Shown piece after piece: positions 28,594 through 37,560 of a stretch of DNA of 64,000 bases (position 1 is its first letter; each line of letters begins with the position of its first letter). Under the pieces are notes generated by a model. That model searched no databases. It was not told where the DNA came from and was given only the letters and a program-made list of their open reading frames with translations. Position numbers and translations under genes: made by a program. The stretch is from an uncultured Coriobacteriaceae bacterium (lineage in GTDB: Bacteria; Actinomycetota; Coriobacteriia; Coriobacteriales; Eggerthellaceae), in the NCBI GenBank assembly GCA_900539675.1, contig UQDJ01000001.1:39776-103775 (forward strand), in the 5' to 3' direction.

Positions 28594-29666
28594 TTAGCCA
28601 CCTCCGTTGTCATTATTTCTCGCAGAACATTGATAAGACCCACATTTTCTTCGGGTAGGCCAACTGAAATACGCAGGCAGTTTGTCAGATACGGCGCAGA
28701 AGAAAAATTGCGTACCAAAAAACCGCGATCGTATAGCTTTTGCCATATCTCATCCGCATGAGGTATGCACACCAGAATGAAATTCGAATCTGAGTCAAAC
28801 GCTTCAACCCCAGGAATATCGCGCAGTGCATCAATCATCACATCGCGTTGGCTAATAATCTCATCGATCCCCGGCACAAAGAGGGCGCGGTTGCGATACA
28901 CCGCGCGTCCAATCGCCTGCGACAGCGCATCCACCGAATAGGGTTGACGCACCTTTAAAAATTCGCGGATAACTTCCGGATTGCCAAGGATATAGCCCAA
29001 CCGCACGCCAGCCAAGCTAAAGGCCTTTGAAAAGGTGCGCAAAATGATGAGATTCTTATGCTTATCCAGCAACGGACGAACCGTAAAACGTGAGAATTCG
29101 AAATACGCTTCATCAACCATAACCAGCGCGTCGGTAGACTCAAGCACCCGTTCGATAAACGAAGCACGCGTCAGTTTGCCCGTTGGATTATTGGGGCTCG
29201 TGATAATCAGATAATCGATATCACCTTGGGCTAAGCGTTTCAACACCGCAGGTTCATTGATGTCGTACGTTTCTGTGCGCGGAATGTTGACCACCTTAGT
29301 ATTGGTCAGGCGCGCGTTTGCCTCGTATACCGAAAACGTCGGAGGCATATTGAGCATCGTGCGTCCTTCGCCGCCCCAGGCAAGCGCCAGATCAAACAGC
29401 AATTCATCTCCGCCATTGCCCAACAGCACACTATCACGCGACAGCCCATTGGCATCCGCTATTACATCGCACAGATCGTTGGCCAAAGGATCAGGATAAC
29501 GGTTAAAGGGGAAATCTTTGAGTGCTTTGAGGATTTCCACTTGTACCTGCTCAGGCACATTGTGCGGATTTTCATTCGCAGACAACAAGTGGGTGGCCGG
29601 TAAATACTTCGGATCATAGGGTATTACCCCCTCCAGCTGGGGCTGCGATGAACGCACGGTTTGCAT
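28590..29666 (-). CDS. hisC: Histidinol-phosphate aminotransferase
   Basis: 358 aa class II aminotransferase; LSANENP... RTFSKAFSLAGVRLGY (PLP lysine). Confidence 0.9.
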   Translation of the reverse strand: MQTVRSSQPQLEGVIPYDPKYLPATHLLSANENPHNVPEQVQVEILKALKDFPFNRYPDPLANDLCDVIADANGLSRDSVLLGNGGDELLFDLALAWGGEGRTMLNMPPTFSVYEANARLTNTKVVNIPRTETYDINEPAVLKRLAQGDIDYLIITSPNNPTGKLTRASFIERVLESTDALVMVDEAYFEFSRFTVRPLLDKHKNLIILRTFSKAFSLAGVRLGYILGNPEVIREFLKVRQPYSVDALSQAIGRAVYRNRALFVPGIDEIISQRDVMIDALRDIPGVEAFDSDSNFILVCIPHADEIWQKLYDRGFLVRNFSSAPYLTNCLRISVGLPEENVGLINVLREIMTTEVAK

Positions 29667-29748
29667 AGCTCCTCCTTATTACCTATCAAAGCTCCACGTA
29701 TGCTTGCGATGTACGCCTACCTATCTAAGAGCTCAGCATATTTTCAGC

Positions 29749-31149
29749 TTAAGCGCCTACGGTGCCCCCTGGAACACCGGCAGCACCAGCACTACCCGGC
29801 ACCCCTGCTGCAGCTGCAGTACCATCGACATTTGCGGTCGCCTGCTGGGCATTCTCAAATGCCTGTTCGATCAATTCGCGACGCAGGCGAACACTCTGAG
29901 CGTGTGACCACAATCCCTCATGATCTGCCAGGGCAATAATTGCCTTTGAGTCGCGCATCAGCGCAGCTGGCGAGTACTGAATAATGCTGGATTTTTTAAT
30001 GAACTCGTCTACCGAAAGCGGACTAGAAAAACGAGCCGTCCCGCCTGTTGGCAATGTGTGATTAGGACCTGCCACATAGTCGCCAGCCGCTTCCGGCGTC
30101 CATTCACCCAAGAAAATAGCACCCGCATGACGAATAGCTCCCAGCAAGTTCAAAGCATCAGGCACATGTAGCTCCAAGTGTTCTGGTGCAATGATGTTCA
30201 CCGTTTCTAGAGCCGTATTCATATCGGGACAAATAATGGTTAAGCCCTTGTTTGCAAGAGAGGCGGTAGTTATTTCAGCGCGCGTCGTGCTTTGCATGTG
30301 GCGCTTAATGGCCGCCTCAACTTCGTCGGCATAATCGGCAGAAAACGTTACCAAATAGCAGCTTGCCAGTGGATCATGCTCAGCCTGAGCCATCAGATCA
30401 ATGGCCACCAATTCAGGCAGCGACGTTTCATCAGCAACAACGCACACCTCAGAAGGGCCTGCAATCATATCGATGCCCACATCGCCCGATACCACCTTTT
30501 TTGCAGCGGCGACAAAAGCATTACCAGGACCGGTAATCTTATCTACCTTCTTGATGGATTCCGTGCCATACGCCAGTGCAGCCACAGCTTGAGCACCACC
30601 AACCGAGTAGATCTCTGTTACGCCTGCCACACGACACGCCTCGAGCACAGCCGGGTCAAGCGAGCCATCTTTGGACGGCGGAGTAACGCACACGATGCGG
30701 GGAACACCAGCCACAGATGCAGGAAGGGCATTCATCAAAACTGTCGAGGGATATAACGCACGTCCACCCGGCACATAAATACCAACGGAATCGAGCGGCT
30801 GGACCTTCGCGCCCACCAAAGCCCCGTCTTCACGCACCGTAAACCAACCCTGTTGCTTTTGACGCTCGTGGAAATCGCGAATCTGCTCTGCGGCAATTTG
30901 AATCGCCTTTGCAACCTTCGGATCTACGCGCGTAATGGCCTCATCTATTGCCTCTTGCGGCACACGAAACTGATCGATTTCAACGCCGTCGAACTTCTTT
31001 GTCAGTTCGCGAAGAGCCTCGTCACCACGAGCACGCACATCTTCGATGATGTTCGTTGCTGCAAGCAGGGCATCGGCGTTAAATGCACCCGTGCGATTGA
31101 GCATGCTCTCTTCAAATTGCTGACCTTTAGATAGTTCAATTCGCCTCAT
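29749..31149 (-). CDS. hisD: Histidinol dehydrogenase (with Ala/Gly-rich C-terminal tail)
   Basis: 466 aa; canonical HisD core; C-terminal ~30 aa low-complexity extension (TAAAAGVPGSAGAAGVPGGTVGA). Confidence 0.9.
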   Translation of the reverse strand: MRRIELSKGQQFEESMLNRTGAFNADALLAATNIIEDVRARGDEALRELTKKFDGVEIDQFRVPQEAIDEAITRVDPKVAKAIQIAAEQIRDFHERQKQQGWFTVREDGALVGAKVQPLDSVGIYVPGGRALYPSTVLMNALPASVAGVPRIVCVTPPSKDGSLDPAVLEACRVAGVTEIYSVGGAQAVAALAYGTESIKKVDKITGPGNAFVAAAKKVVSGDVGIDMIAGPSEVCVVADETSLPELVAIDLMAQAEHDPLASCYLVTFSADYADEVEAAIKRHMQSTTRAEITTASLANKGLTIICPDMNTALETVNIIAPEHLELHVPDALNLLGAIRHAGAIFLGEWTPEAAGDYVAGPNHTLPTGGTARFSSPLSVDEFIKKSSIIQYSPAALMRDSKAIIALADHEGLWSHAQSVRLRRELIEQAFENAQQATANVDGTAAAAGVPGSAGAAGVPGGTVGA

Positions 31150-32903
31150 TATTCGTTCTCCTTTACCTGGGCATACAACGTATCAGCAAGCTGGCCGACA
31201 CGGGGATTGGTCCTAAATGAGCTGGGATTGGCGAAAAAACGCGCCGTGGAAGCCAGCACATCATCAACAACTTGTAAGTTATTTTCTCGCAAAGTAGTAC
31301 CCGTTGCGGTGATATCCACAATTCTCTCTGCCATGCCCGTAATTGGGGCTAATTCGATATTGCCATGCAGTTTTACAATCTGGACAGGCATGCCCATCTT
31401 GGCGAAGTATGACCGTGTAATGTTGGGATACTTCGTGGCCACACGGATAGATCCCAGTTTACGATAACGATCTTCTACCGCCTGCGTGGTTCCCGCTGAC
31501 TCGGCCACCACAAAACGGCATCCACCGAACTTCAAATCAACCAGCTCTACCACATCAGGTGCCGCTTCCAGAAGCGAATCTTCGCCACAAATACCACAAT
31601 CGGCAGCGCCCAATGCTACAAAGACTGGTGCATCGGTCGGCCGCACGATGAGGTATTCCACATCCCCATTGCGAAGCATGAGCGTGCGCCCGGAATCCAA
31701 CAGCCCATCCACGTCAAGTCCAGCTTTCGCAAGGGCGGCAACTGCACCTTCTTTAAGTGACCCTTTGGGAACCGCGATGCGTACCTGGCTTGCACCATCC
31801 ATATCACTGTCTGTTTGCACTTCACGTGCCGCCATAACCTGCTCAAGATAGAAGGCAAAGCCAGCAGCTGGCACCTGCCCTGCACCATAAGAGGCAAGTA
31901 AATTATCGTAGCGACCACCTGCTCCCAGAGGAGATCCCAAACCTTTCGCATAAGCCTCAAACACGAGCCCCGTATAATAGTCAAACGAGCTCATAACTGA
32001 AAAATCAATCAAAAGAGTGTCACGCAAGCCCGCAGCAACCAAAGCGTCATACGCCCGCTCCAATTCCTGAATGCTTACCTGGGACACCTCGATTGAGCGC
32101 GCCTTGAGCGACGCCATCAAAACGCGCACATCATCAAGCGCCTTTTTGCCACCACGAAAACGCGAAAGTTCAAAAATGGCCCGAGCAACGTGAGGATTTA
32201 CCTCACCGGGGTTTTGTAGGGCAGGTTCAGCTAGCTTAAATGAATCCGTTTTAACCGGACATGTCATATCTATTGGTTGATCGGGCTTCTTTTCACCTGC
32301 CATTACCAGCGCAGAATCAACAAGCTGCGCCAACGCTACAAAATTGGACGTGTGATAAGCCTGCAGCACCGCTTCTTGCCATTGCGCACTGCCACCACTG
32401 GCACGCAACAAATCGCGCAGGACGCCTGCAGAGCCAAGCGCAATGGTAAAGTTGGAAATACCGCACTCTTGAAGCGCTTCGGCAAACAGAGAAATAAGCT
32501 CCACATCAACATCAACGCCCGCCGCACCGATGCACTCAACACCGCATTGGGTCAGTTCTCGTGCTGCCGCTTCCGCTGTTTTTTCGCGAAACACACGCTG
32601 GGTATAGCGCAGCCGCGCAGGCTTTTCAGGCGTGACACCACGAGCAGCACACATGCGGGCTATCTGCATTGTCACGTCGGGACGCATAGCCAACAGATCA
32701 CCATGTGAATCAAAGAATTTAAACGGTGTCTCAGGAACATGCCCGCCCGCTTCCATAACGTCCAAAACCTCAAGGGTAGGTGTTTCGACCGGTAAATAGC
32801 CCTTGGTAGCAAAACACGTACGTACTCGAGCGGTAAGCTCCTCACGAACCAGCGCCTCATCGGTTACCACGTCGCGAAATCCAATTGGCGTTACGTAATT
32901 CAT
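31149..32903 (-). CDS. hisZG: Fused HisZ (regulatory, HisRS-like) + HisG short-form ATP phosphoribosyltransferase
   Basis: 584 aa single ORF: residues ~1-370 HisRS-like (HisZ) and residues ~375-584 HisG-S (VRIAVPKGSL..., ATKYPNITRSYFAKMGMPVQIVKLHGNIELAP..., DITATGTTLRENNL). Confidence 0.8.
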   Translation of the reverse strand: MNYVTPIGFRDVVTDEALVREELTARVRTCFATKGYLPVETPTLEVLDVMEAGGHVPETPFKFFDSHGDLLAMRPDVTMQIARMCAARGVTPEKPARLRYTQRVFREKTAEAAARELTQCGVECIGAAGVDVDVELISLFAEALQECGISNFTIALGSAGVLRDLLRASGGSAQWQEAVLQAYHTSNFVALAQLVDSALVMAGEKKPDQPIDMTCPVKTDSFKLAEPALQNPGEVNPHVARAIFELSRFRGGKKALDDVRVLMASLKARSIEVSQVSIQELERAYDALVAAGLRDTLLIDFSVMSSFDYYTGLVFEAYAKGLGSPLGAGGRYDNLLASYGAGQVPAAGFAFYLEQVMAAREVQTDSDMDGASQVRIAVPKGSLKEGAVAALAKAGLDVDGLLDSGRTLMLRNGDVEYLIVRPTDAPVFVALGAADCGICGEDSLLEAAPDVVELVDLKFGGCRFVVAESAGTTQAVEDRYRKLGSIRVATKYPNITRSYFAKMGMPVQIVKLHGNIELAPITGMAERIVDITATGTTLRENNLQVVDDVLASTARFFANPSSFRTNPRVGQLADTLYAQVKENE

Positions 32904-32972
32904 AGTTTCTCCCCCGGCATCGTATTTATCGAATGCTCGTATAGCTTATTCATGCATCTGTTGACTTTTGAT

Positions 32973-33042
32973 TTTGATGCGCATCCTGCGCGCATCAAAT
33001 CTAACGAATCGTTACTTTAGCACAGTAGAGCGCTAAAGTAAT
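32973..33042. promoter_or_regulatory. Two strong palindromes in the his operon / usp divergent control region
   Basis: tttgatgcgcatcctgcgcgcatcaaa (32973-32999) and cgttactttagc-N8-gctaaagtaatg (33010-33042), ~70-140 nt upstream of hisZG start on the transcribed strand. Confidence 0.5.
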
Positions 33043-33203
33043 GTTAATTATTAAAAACGAAGAACAATAGACCTGCTAAGAGCACCTTATTGCATCCTAT
33101 TTCTCTTACCATCTTATCGATTCTCTGTTATCTTCGCATCATCCGCCTTACCAGTTGAGGGGTATAATGAGGACAGAGTTTGGGAGTTGAGGGGTGATAC
33201 ACG

Positions 33204-33680
33204 ATGAGTTTCAAAAACATCCTCGTACCGTATGACAATTCTGAGCATGCCAAAAACGCCTTGCGTGCTGCCATTGATATGCTTGACGGCGTCGAAGATG
33301 CTGCAATTCACGTGGTAGAAGTGGCTGCTCCACCACAAGATTTAGTTTATAGCAGCATCAATCAAACTGGATTTGGGATGGGCGTTTCGCTTACCTCAAA
33401 AGCTGATTTCGCCTCTTTGGTGGAACAGCGCAACGAAGAAAGCGACAAAGAGCTCCAAGATGACATTGTGTCTCTGGTCAAGGATTTCAAAGGCGAGCTG
33501 ACTGCTGAAGTAGTATTTGGCATCTATACCATTGAAACTATTCTTGATGCCGCCAAGCACTACGGATGCGATTTAATTGTGATGGGATCGCGCGGCCTCG
33601 GTGCTATTCGCGGTGCCATTGGTTCGGTGAGCTATGGCGTTTTGCGTGCTAGCAACTTGCCCATCATGGTCGTAAAATAA
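33204..33680 (+). CDS. Universal stress protein (UspA family)
   Basis: 158 aa; MSFKNILVPYDNSEHAKNAL...CDLIVMGSRGLGAIRGAIGSVSYGVLRASNLPIMVV - USP ATP-binding motif G-x2-G-x9-G(S/T). Confidence 0.85.
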   Translation: MSFKNILVPYDNSEHAKNALRAAIDMLDGVEDAAIHVVEVAAPPQDLVYSSINQTGFGMGVSLTSKADFASLVEQRNEESDKELQDDIVSLVKDFKGELTAEVVFGIYTIETILDAAKHYGCDLIVMGSRGLGAIRGAIGSVSYGVLRASNLPIMVVK

Positions 33681-33798
33681 CCGTCGCATAGCAGCTGCGT
33701 TGCACAGCCACTTCTAGCGCGACAGGCGCTAAAAGGCAGGCGTCAAAGAAAATGGCTGTCATAGCGTGATGCCACAAAAGCTTTGCCAGACAACTTTA

Positions 33799-33830
33799 AG
33801 GCCCCTCATTCCATATGGGATGAGGGGCCT
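33799..33830. terminator. Bidirectional terminator hairpin aggcccctcat...atgaggggcct
   Basis: 11-bp perfect stem between convergent usp (+) and NSS transporter (-). Confidence 0.55.
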
Positions 33831-33844
33831 ATCTATTTGAGGAA

Positions 33845-35266
33845 TCACATATTCATCCAGAACGATATCTTAGGTGCCCAGCCAGCAAGGAAGACCACAA
33901 TGATCAGGATGGGTACGCCATACTTTGTCCACCCGTAAAGTATCTTTGGATACTTCATACCTTTGCCGCGGTCAGCTTCAGCCAAGAAGTTCTTCCAACC
34001 CCAGCCAGCTTTACGCGTACAGAACAGCACAAACACCAACGATCCCAAAACCAAGAAGTTGTTAGAAACCAAGAAGTCTTCAATTGATTGAATATCACCA
34101 ATGCCTGGAATCTGAACACCTGACCATACCGAAAAGCCCAACACACAGGGAATGGACAGAACTGCCAACAACGGACCGTTAATTGCAATGGCGCGCTTGC
34201 GCGTAATGTTCCATTCGTCCATAGAAAAACGAAGTATGTTTTCAAATACGGCAATGACAGTCGAAAGTGCTGCAAAGGCCATGCAGATAAAGAACAGCGT
34301 TCCCCACAGCTGACCAAGTGGCATCTGTTCAAATACGTGAGGCAAGGTGAGAAATACCAAGTTAGGACCAGAATCGGGATTAACGCCGTAAGCAAAGCAA
34401 GCCGGAAAAATAATCAGACCAGCCATAATGGCCACCAACGTGTCCAAGCCGGCAATACGAGCAGCTTCGCCCATCAAACGACGATCGCGCGTCATATAGC
34501 TACCGAAAATGGACATAGAACCAATACCGATCGACAGCATAAATACTGCCTGACTCATGGCTGCATAAACAATTTCAGCAAAGCTTGCCGAAGGATTGTT
34601 AAACAAGTTGTCAAAGTTGGGCAACAGATAAAACTCGAGGCCCGCTTCACCGCCTTCGAGCAGACAAGAACGTACGCACAGCACGATCATAAACAAAAAC
34701 AGCGCTGCCATCATGTACTTGGTTATGCGCTCGACGCCCTTTTGCACACCCATGGCACAAATTGCAAAACCAATCACGGTAACCAGCAGCATCCAGCCAC
34801 CCATTTCAAGGGGGTTACCAGTCATAGCGGTAAATACGCCAGGAATATCTTCTGCCCCATTAAAGGTGCCAATCGCCATCTTGAACAGATAGGCAACCAT
34901 CCAGCCACAAACTGAGGTGTAGAACATCATCAAGATGTAATTGCCGACAATGGTAGCCCACTTAAAGCGATGCCATTTGCTGCCGCGTGGCTCTAGCGCA
35001 TCAAAACTGCGTGCTGTTGAACGATAGCTTGCACGACCTACAGCGAATTCCATAACCAGAACCGGCAAGCCTAGCACCGCCAAGAAGAAGATGATGAGCA
35101 GCACGAATGCGGCGCCACCGTATTCGCCTGTAATATAGGGAAAGCGCCAAATATTGCCCAACCCAATCGCACATCCTGCGCTGATGAGCAAAAATCCTAA
35201 ACGAGTCGAAAACTTGTCACGTTCTTCGCCAGTGGCTACTTCTGGCAAGTGTTCTTCGTGAGCCAT
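33845..35266 (-). CDS. Neurotransmitter:sodium symporter (NSS/SNF) family transporter
   Basis: 473 aa; GLGNIWRFPYITGEYGGAAFVL - hallmark NSS TM1 motif. Confidence 0.85.
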   Translation of the reverse strand: MAHEEHLPEVATGEERDKFSTRLGFLLISAGCAIGLGNIWRFPYITGEYGGAAFVLLIIFFLAVLGLPVLVMEFAVGRASYRSTARSFDALEPRGSKWHRFKWATIVGNYILMMFYTSVCGWMVAYLFKMAIGTFNGAEDIPGVFTAMTGNPLEMGGWMLLVTVIGFAICAMGVQKGVERITKYMMAALFLFMIVLCVRSCLLEGGEAGLEFYLLPNFDNLFNNPSASFAEIVYAAMSQAVFMLSIGIGSMSIFGSYMTRDRRLMGEAARIAGLDTLVAIMAGLIIFPACFAYGVNPDSGPNLVFLTLPHVFEQMPLGQLWGTLFFICMAFAALSTVIAVFENILRFSMDEWNITRKRAIAINGPLLAVLSIPCVLGFSVWSGVQIPGIGDIQSIEDFLVSNNFLVLGSLVFVLFCTRKAGWGWKNFLAEADRGKGMKYPKILYGWTKYGVPILIIVVFLAGWAPKISFWMNM

Positions 35267-35424
35267 GCGCGGTTTACCTTTCTAACCATGCGCGAATACA
35301 ACTTCTTCATAATACGCCGAAATGGGTCAGGGTCTGGCAAAAATCCAGGCCAACGCATAAATCCAGGCCAGCGCATGGATCTGCTTCCAACAGTATTGAA
35401 GCAAAGCTGAAGCGGGGCAACAAT

Positions 35425-35904
35425 TTATTGATGCGCTTTGCGATAGCGGTGCCACGAGATATAAGCCCATACCAGGGTAAGCGCCATTGCCGTAATCACT
35501 ACCCCTGACAACACAGGCACTGCCAAGGGAAACGAAATGAGTGCTCCCGTTATGGTAAGTAGCGACAGGACAATCGCTAATACTCCTAGCTCCAGCTCGG
35601 TTGCCACCAACACTTTCACCGACAAGCGAATCCATTCAGGCTTGGTCTCTGGGGTCACCTTCGAGGGCATATTCCATAAATCGGGATGCATAAAGTGTCC
35701 GATACCACTCACGATAGCAAACACAAAACCAAGAATCCCATATATCAGTAGATGCTCGTAAGGTGAACCCCAACGATCTGCTTCCCCATTCCAGCCCCAA
35801 TGAACAGGGACGCTGTCAATACCAGCAGTACCCACAAATGCCCATAATGCGGTGAGCGCAAACCCTGCGCCCAGCAAAACCCATGCCAAGAGTTCCATAC
35901 GCAC
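35425..35904 (-). CDS. Hypothetical small membrane protein (4 TMs)
   Basis: 159 aa hydrophobic; upstream of and same strand as NSS transporter (158-bp spacer with direct repeat aaatccaggccaRcgcat x2). Confidence 0.45.
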   Translation of the reverse strand: MRMELLAWVLLGAGFALTALWAFVGTAGIDSVPVHWGWNGEADRWGSPYEHLLIYGILGFVFAIVSGIGHFMHPDLWNMPSKVTPETKPEWIRLSVKVLVATELELGVLAIVLSLLTITGALISFPLAVPVLSGVVITAMALTLVWAYISWHRYRKAHQ

Positions 35905-35961
35905 TGAGCGCTTAGAGTAAAAACGTGCATTGGGACTAGCCGTAAACTATCCTTTTATCCG

Positions 35962-37557
35962 CTACGAATTCAACTTCTTGCTCAGCATCTGATTGATGAG
36001 CTTAGGGTTACCCTGACCCTTCGTTTCCTTCATGCATTGACCCACAAAGAAGCCCAACAGACCGGTTTTGCCGCCCTTGTACTGTTCGACCTTATCGGGG
36101 AATGCTGCCAGAACGCCGTCGATAACGCCTTCCAGTTCGCCCGCATCAGAAACTTGCTTCATGCCGCGCTCATCAACGATAGCCGAAGGATCCTTGTCCT
36201 CTTCCAGAACCGCCGTGAACACCTCTTTGGCCTGTTTGGAGGAAATAGCATCGCTGACAAGCAGCTGTACCAGCTCAACTGCACGCTGCGGAGACAGCGT
36301 GGTTTCGCCCATATCAGAAATATTATTTGCATTCGCATAAGCAGCAACATCGTTGATAATCAGATTTGCCAGCGGTTTTGCCAACTTATCAGCATCCTTG
36401 CCCGCCGCCTTCATGCAGGCCTCAAAAAAATTCGAAGTGGAACGATGCTCAATCATATGACGGGCGTCGTACGCCGAAAGGCCGAAGTCCTGTTCAAAGC
36501 GCTTGGCCTTCTGATCGGGGAGTTCTGGCAATTTAGCACGAACCGATTCAATGAATTCATCGGATAGATCATACGGTGCCAAGTCAGGCTCCGGGAACAG
36601 ACGATAGTCGTCAGCCGTTTCCTTCACACGCATAACAATCGTGCGCTTCTGCGATGGATCCCAGTGGCGCGTTTCCTGATAGATGATGCCGCCCTCTTCG
36701 AGCACTTCAGCCTGACGACAAATTTCATACGCCAAACCATCGTGCAAATTCTTGAAGGAATTCATATTCTTCAGCTCGGTCTTGGTGCCCAGCTCCTTCG
36801 AGCCACGGCGGCGCAACGATACATTACCATCACAGCGCAGCGAGCCTTCTTCCATGGAGCAGTCAGAAATGCCAATAGCCAAATAAATCTGACGCAATTT
36901 CTGCATGAACAGACGTGCCTCTTCTGGCGTACGCAGATCGGGCTTCGTCACCAGCTCGATCAACGGTGTACCGGCACGGTTATAGTCAACCAACGAATGC
37001 GTTGCCCCTGCAATACGACCCTCATCACCACCGATATGGATCATCTTGCCAGCGTCTTCTTCCATATGAATACGCTCGATACCAACATGGGCAATGTAGC
37101 CGTCATCGGTGGCGGTCACATTGGCCGCCGTGCTATCAGGCGCACCCGACTCACCTGGTTTTAGACCTTCCAGATCAATACGCTCTTTCGTATTGGGACC
37201 ATCCACATTCAAATCCAAGTGGCCATGCATACAAAATGCGATAGGGCCTTGAGTGGTCTGGAAGTTCTTTGCCATATCGGGGTACATATAGTTCTTGCGG
37301 TAGAACATTGAACGCTTCTGAATTTCGCAATTCGTTGCCAAACCTGCAAGCACAATAGACTGAATTGCAGCCTTGTTAGGAACTGGCAGTGCACCCGGTA
37401 AACCCAAACATACCGGACAGGTATGCGTATTAGGCGGAGCACCGAATTCCAACTTGCAGCTGCAGAACATTTTGGTGGTCAGCGTGGTAAGCTCGGCATG
37501 AATTTCCAGGCCGATTACCGCTTCCCAATCCTTGAGGACTTCTTCGAGTTTCTTCAT
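35962..37557 (-). CDS. gatB: Asp-tRNA(Asn)/Glu-tRNA(Gln) amidotransferase subunit B
   Basis: 531 aa; MKKLEEVLKDWEAVIGLEIHAEL...CPVCLGLPGALPV... canonical GatB incl. C-terminal YqeY-like domain. Confidence 0.95.
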   Translation of the reverse strand: MKKLEEVLKDWEAVIGLEIHAELTTLTTKMFCSCKLEFGAPPNTHTCPVCLGLPGALPVPNKAAIQSIVLAGLATNCEIQKRSMFYRKNYMYPDMAKNFQTTQGPIAFCMHGHLDLNVDGPNTKERIDLEGLKPGESGAPDSTAANVTATDDGYIAHVGIERIHMEEDAGKMIHIGGDEGRIAGATHSLVDYNRAGTPLIELVTKPDLRTPEEARLFMQKLRQIYLAIGISDCSMEEGSLRCDGNVSLRRRGSKELGTKTELKNMNSFKNLHDGLAYEICRQAEVLEEGGIIYQETRHWDPSQKRTIVMRVKETADDYRLFPEPDLAPYDLSDEFIESVRAKLPELPDQKAKRFEQDFGLSAYDARHMIEHRSTSNFFEACMKAAGKDADKLAKPLANLIINDVAAYANANNISDMGETTLSPQRAVELVQLLVSDAISSKQAKEVFTAVLEEDKDPSAIVDERGMKQVSDAGELEGVIDGVLAAFPDKVEQYKGGKTGLLGFFVGQCMKETKGQGNPKLINQMLSKKLNS

Positions 37558-37560
37558 TTG

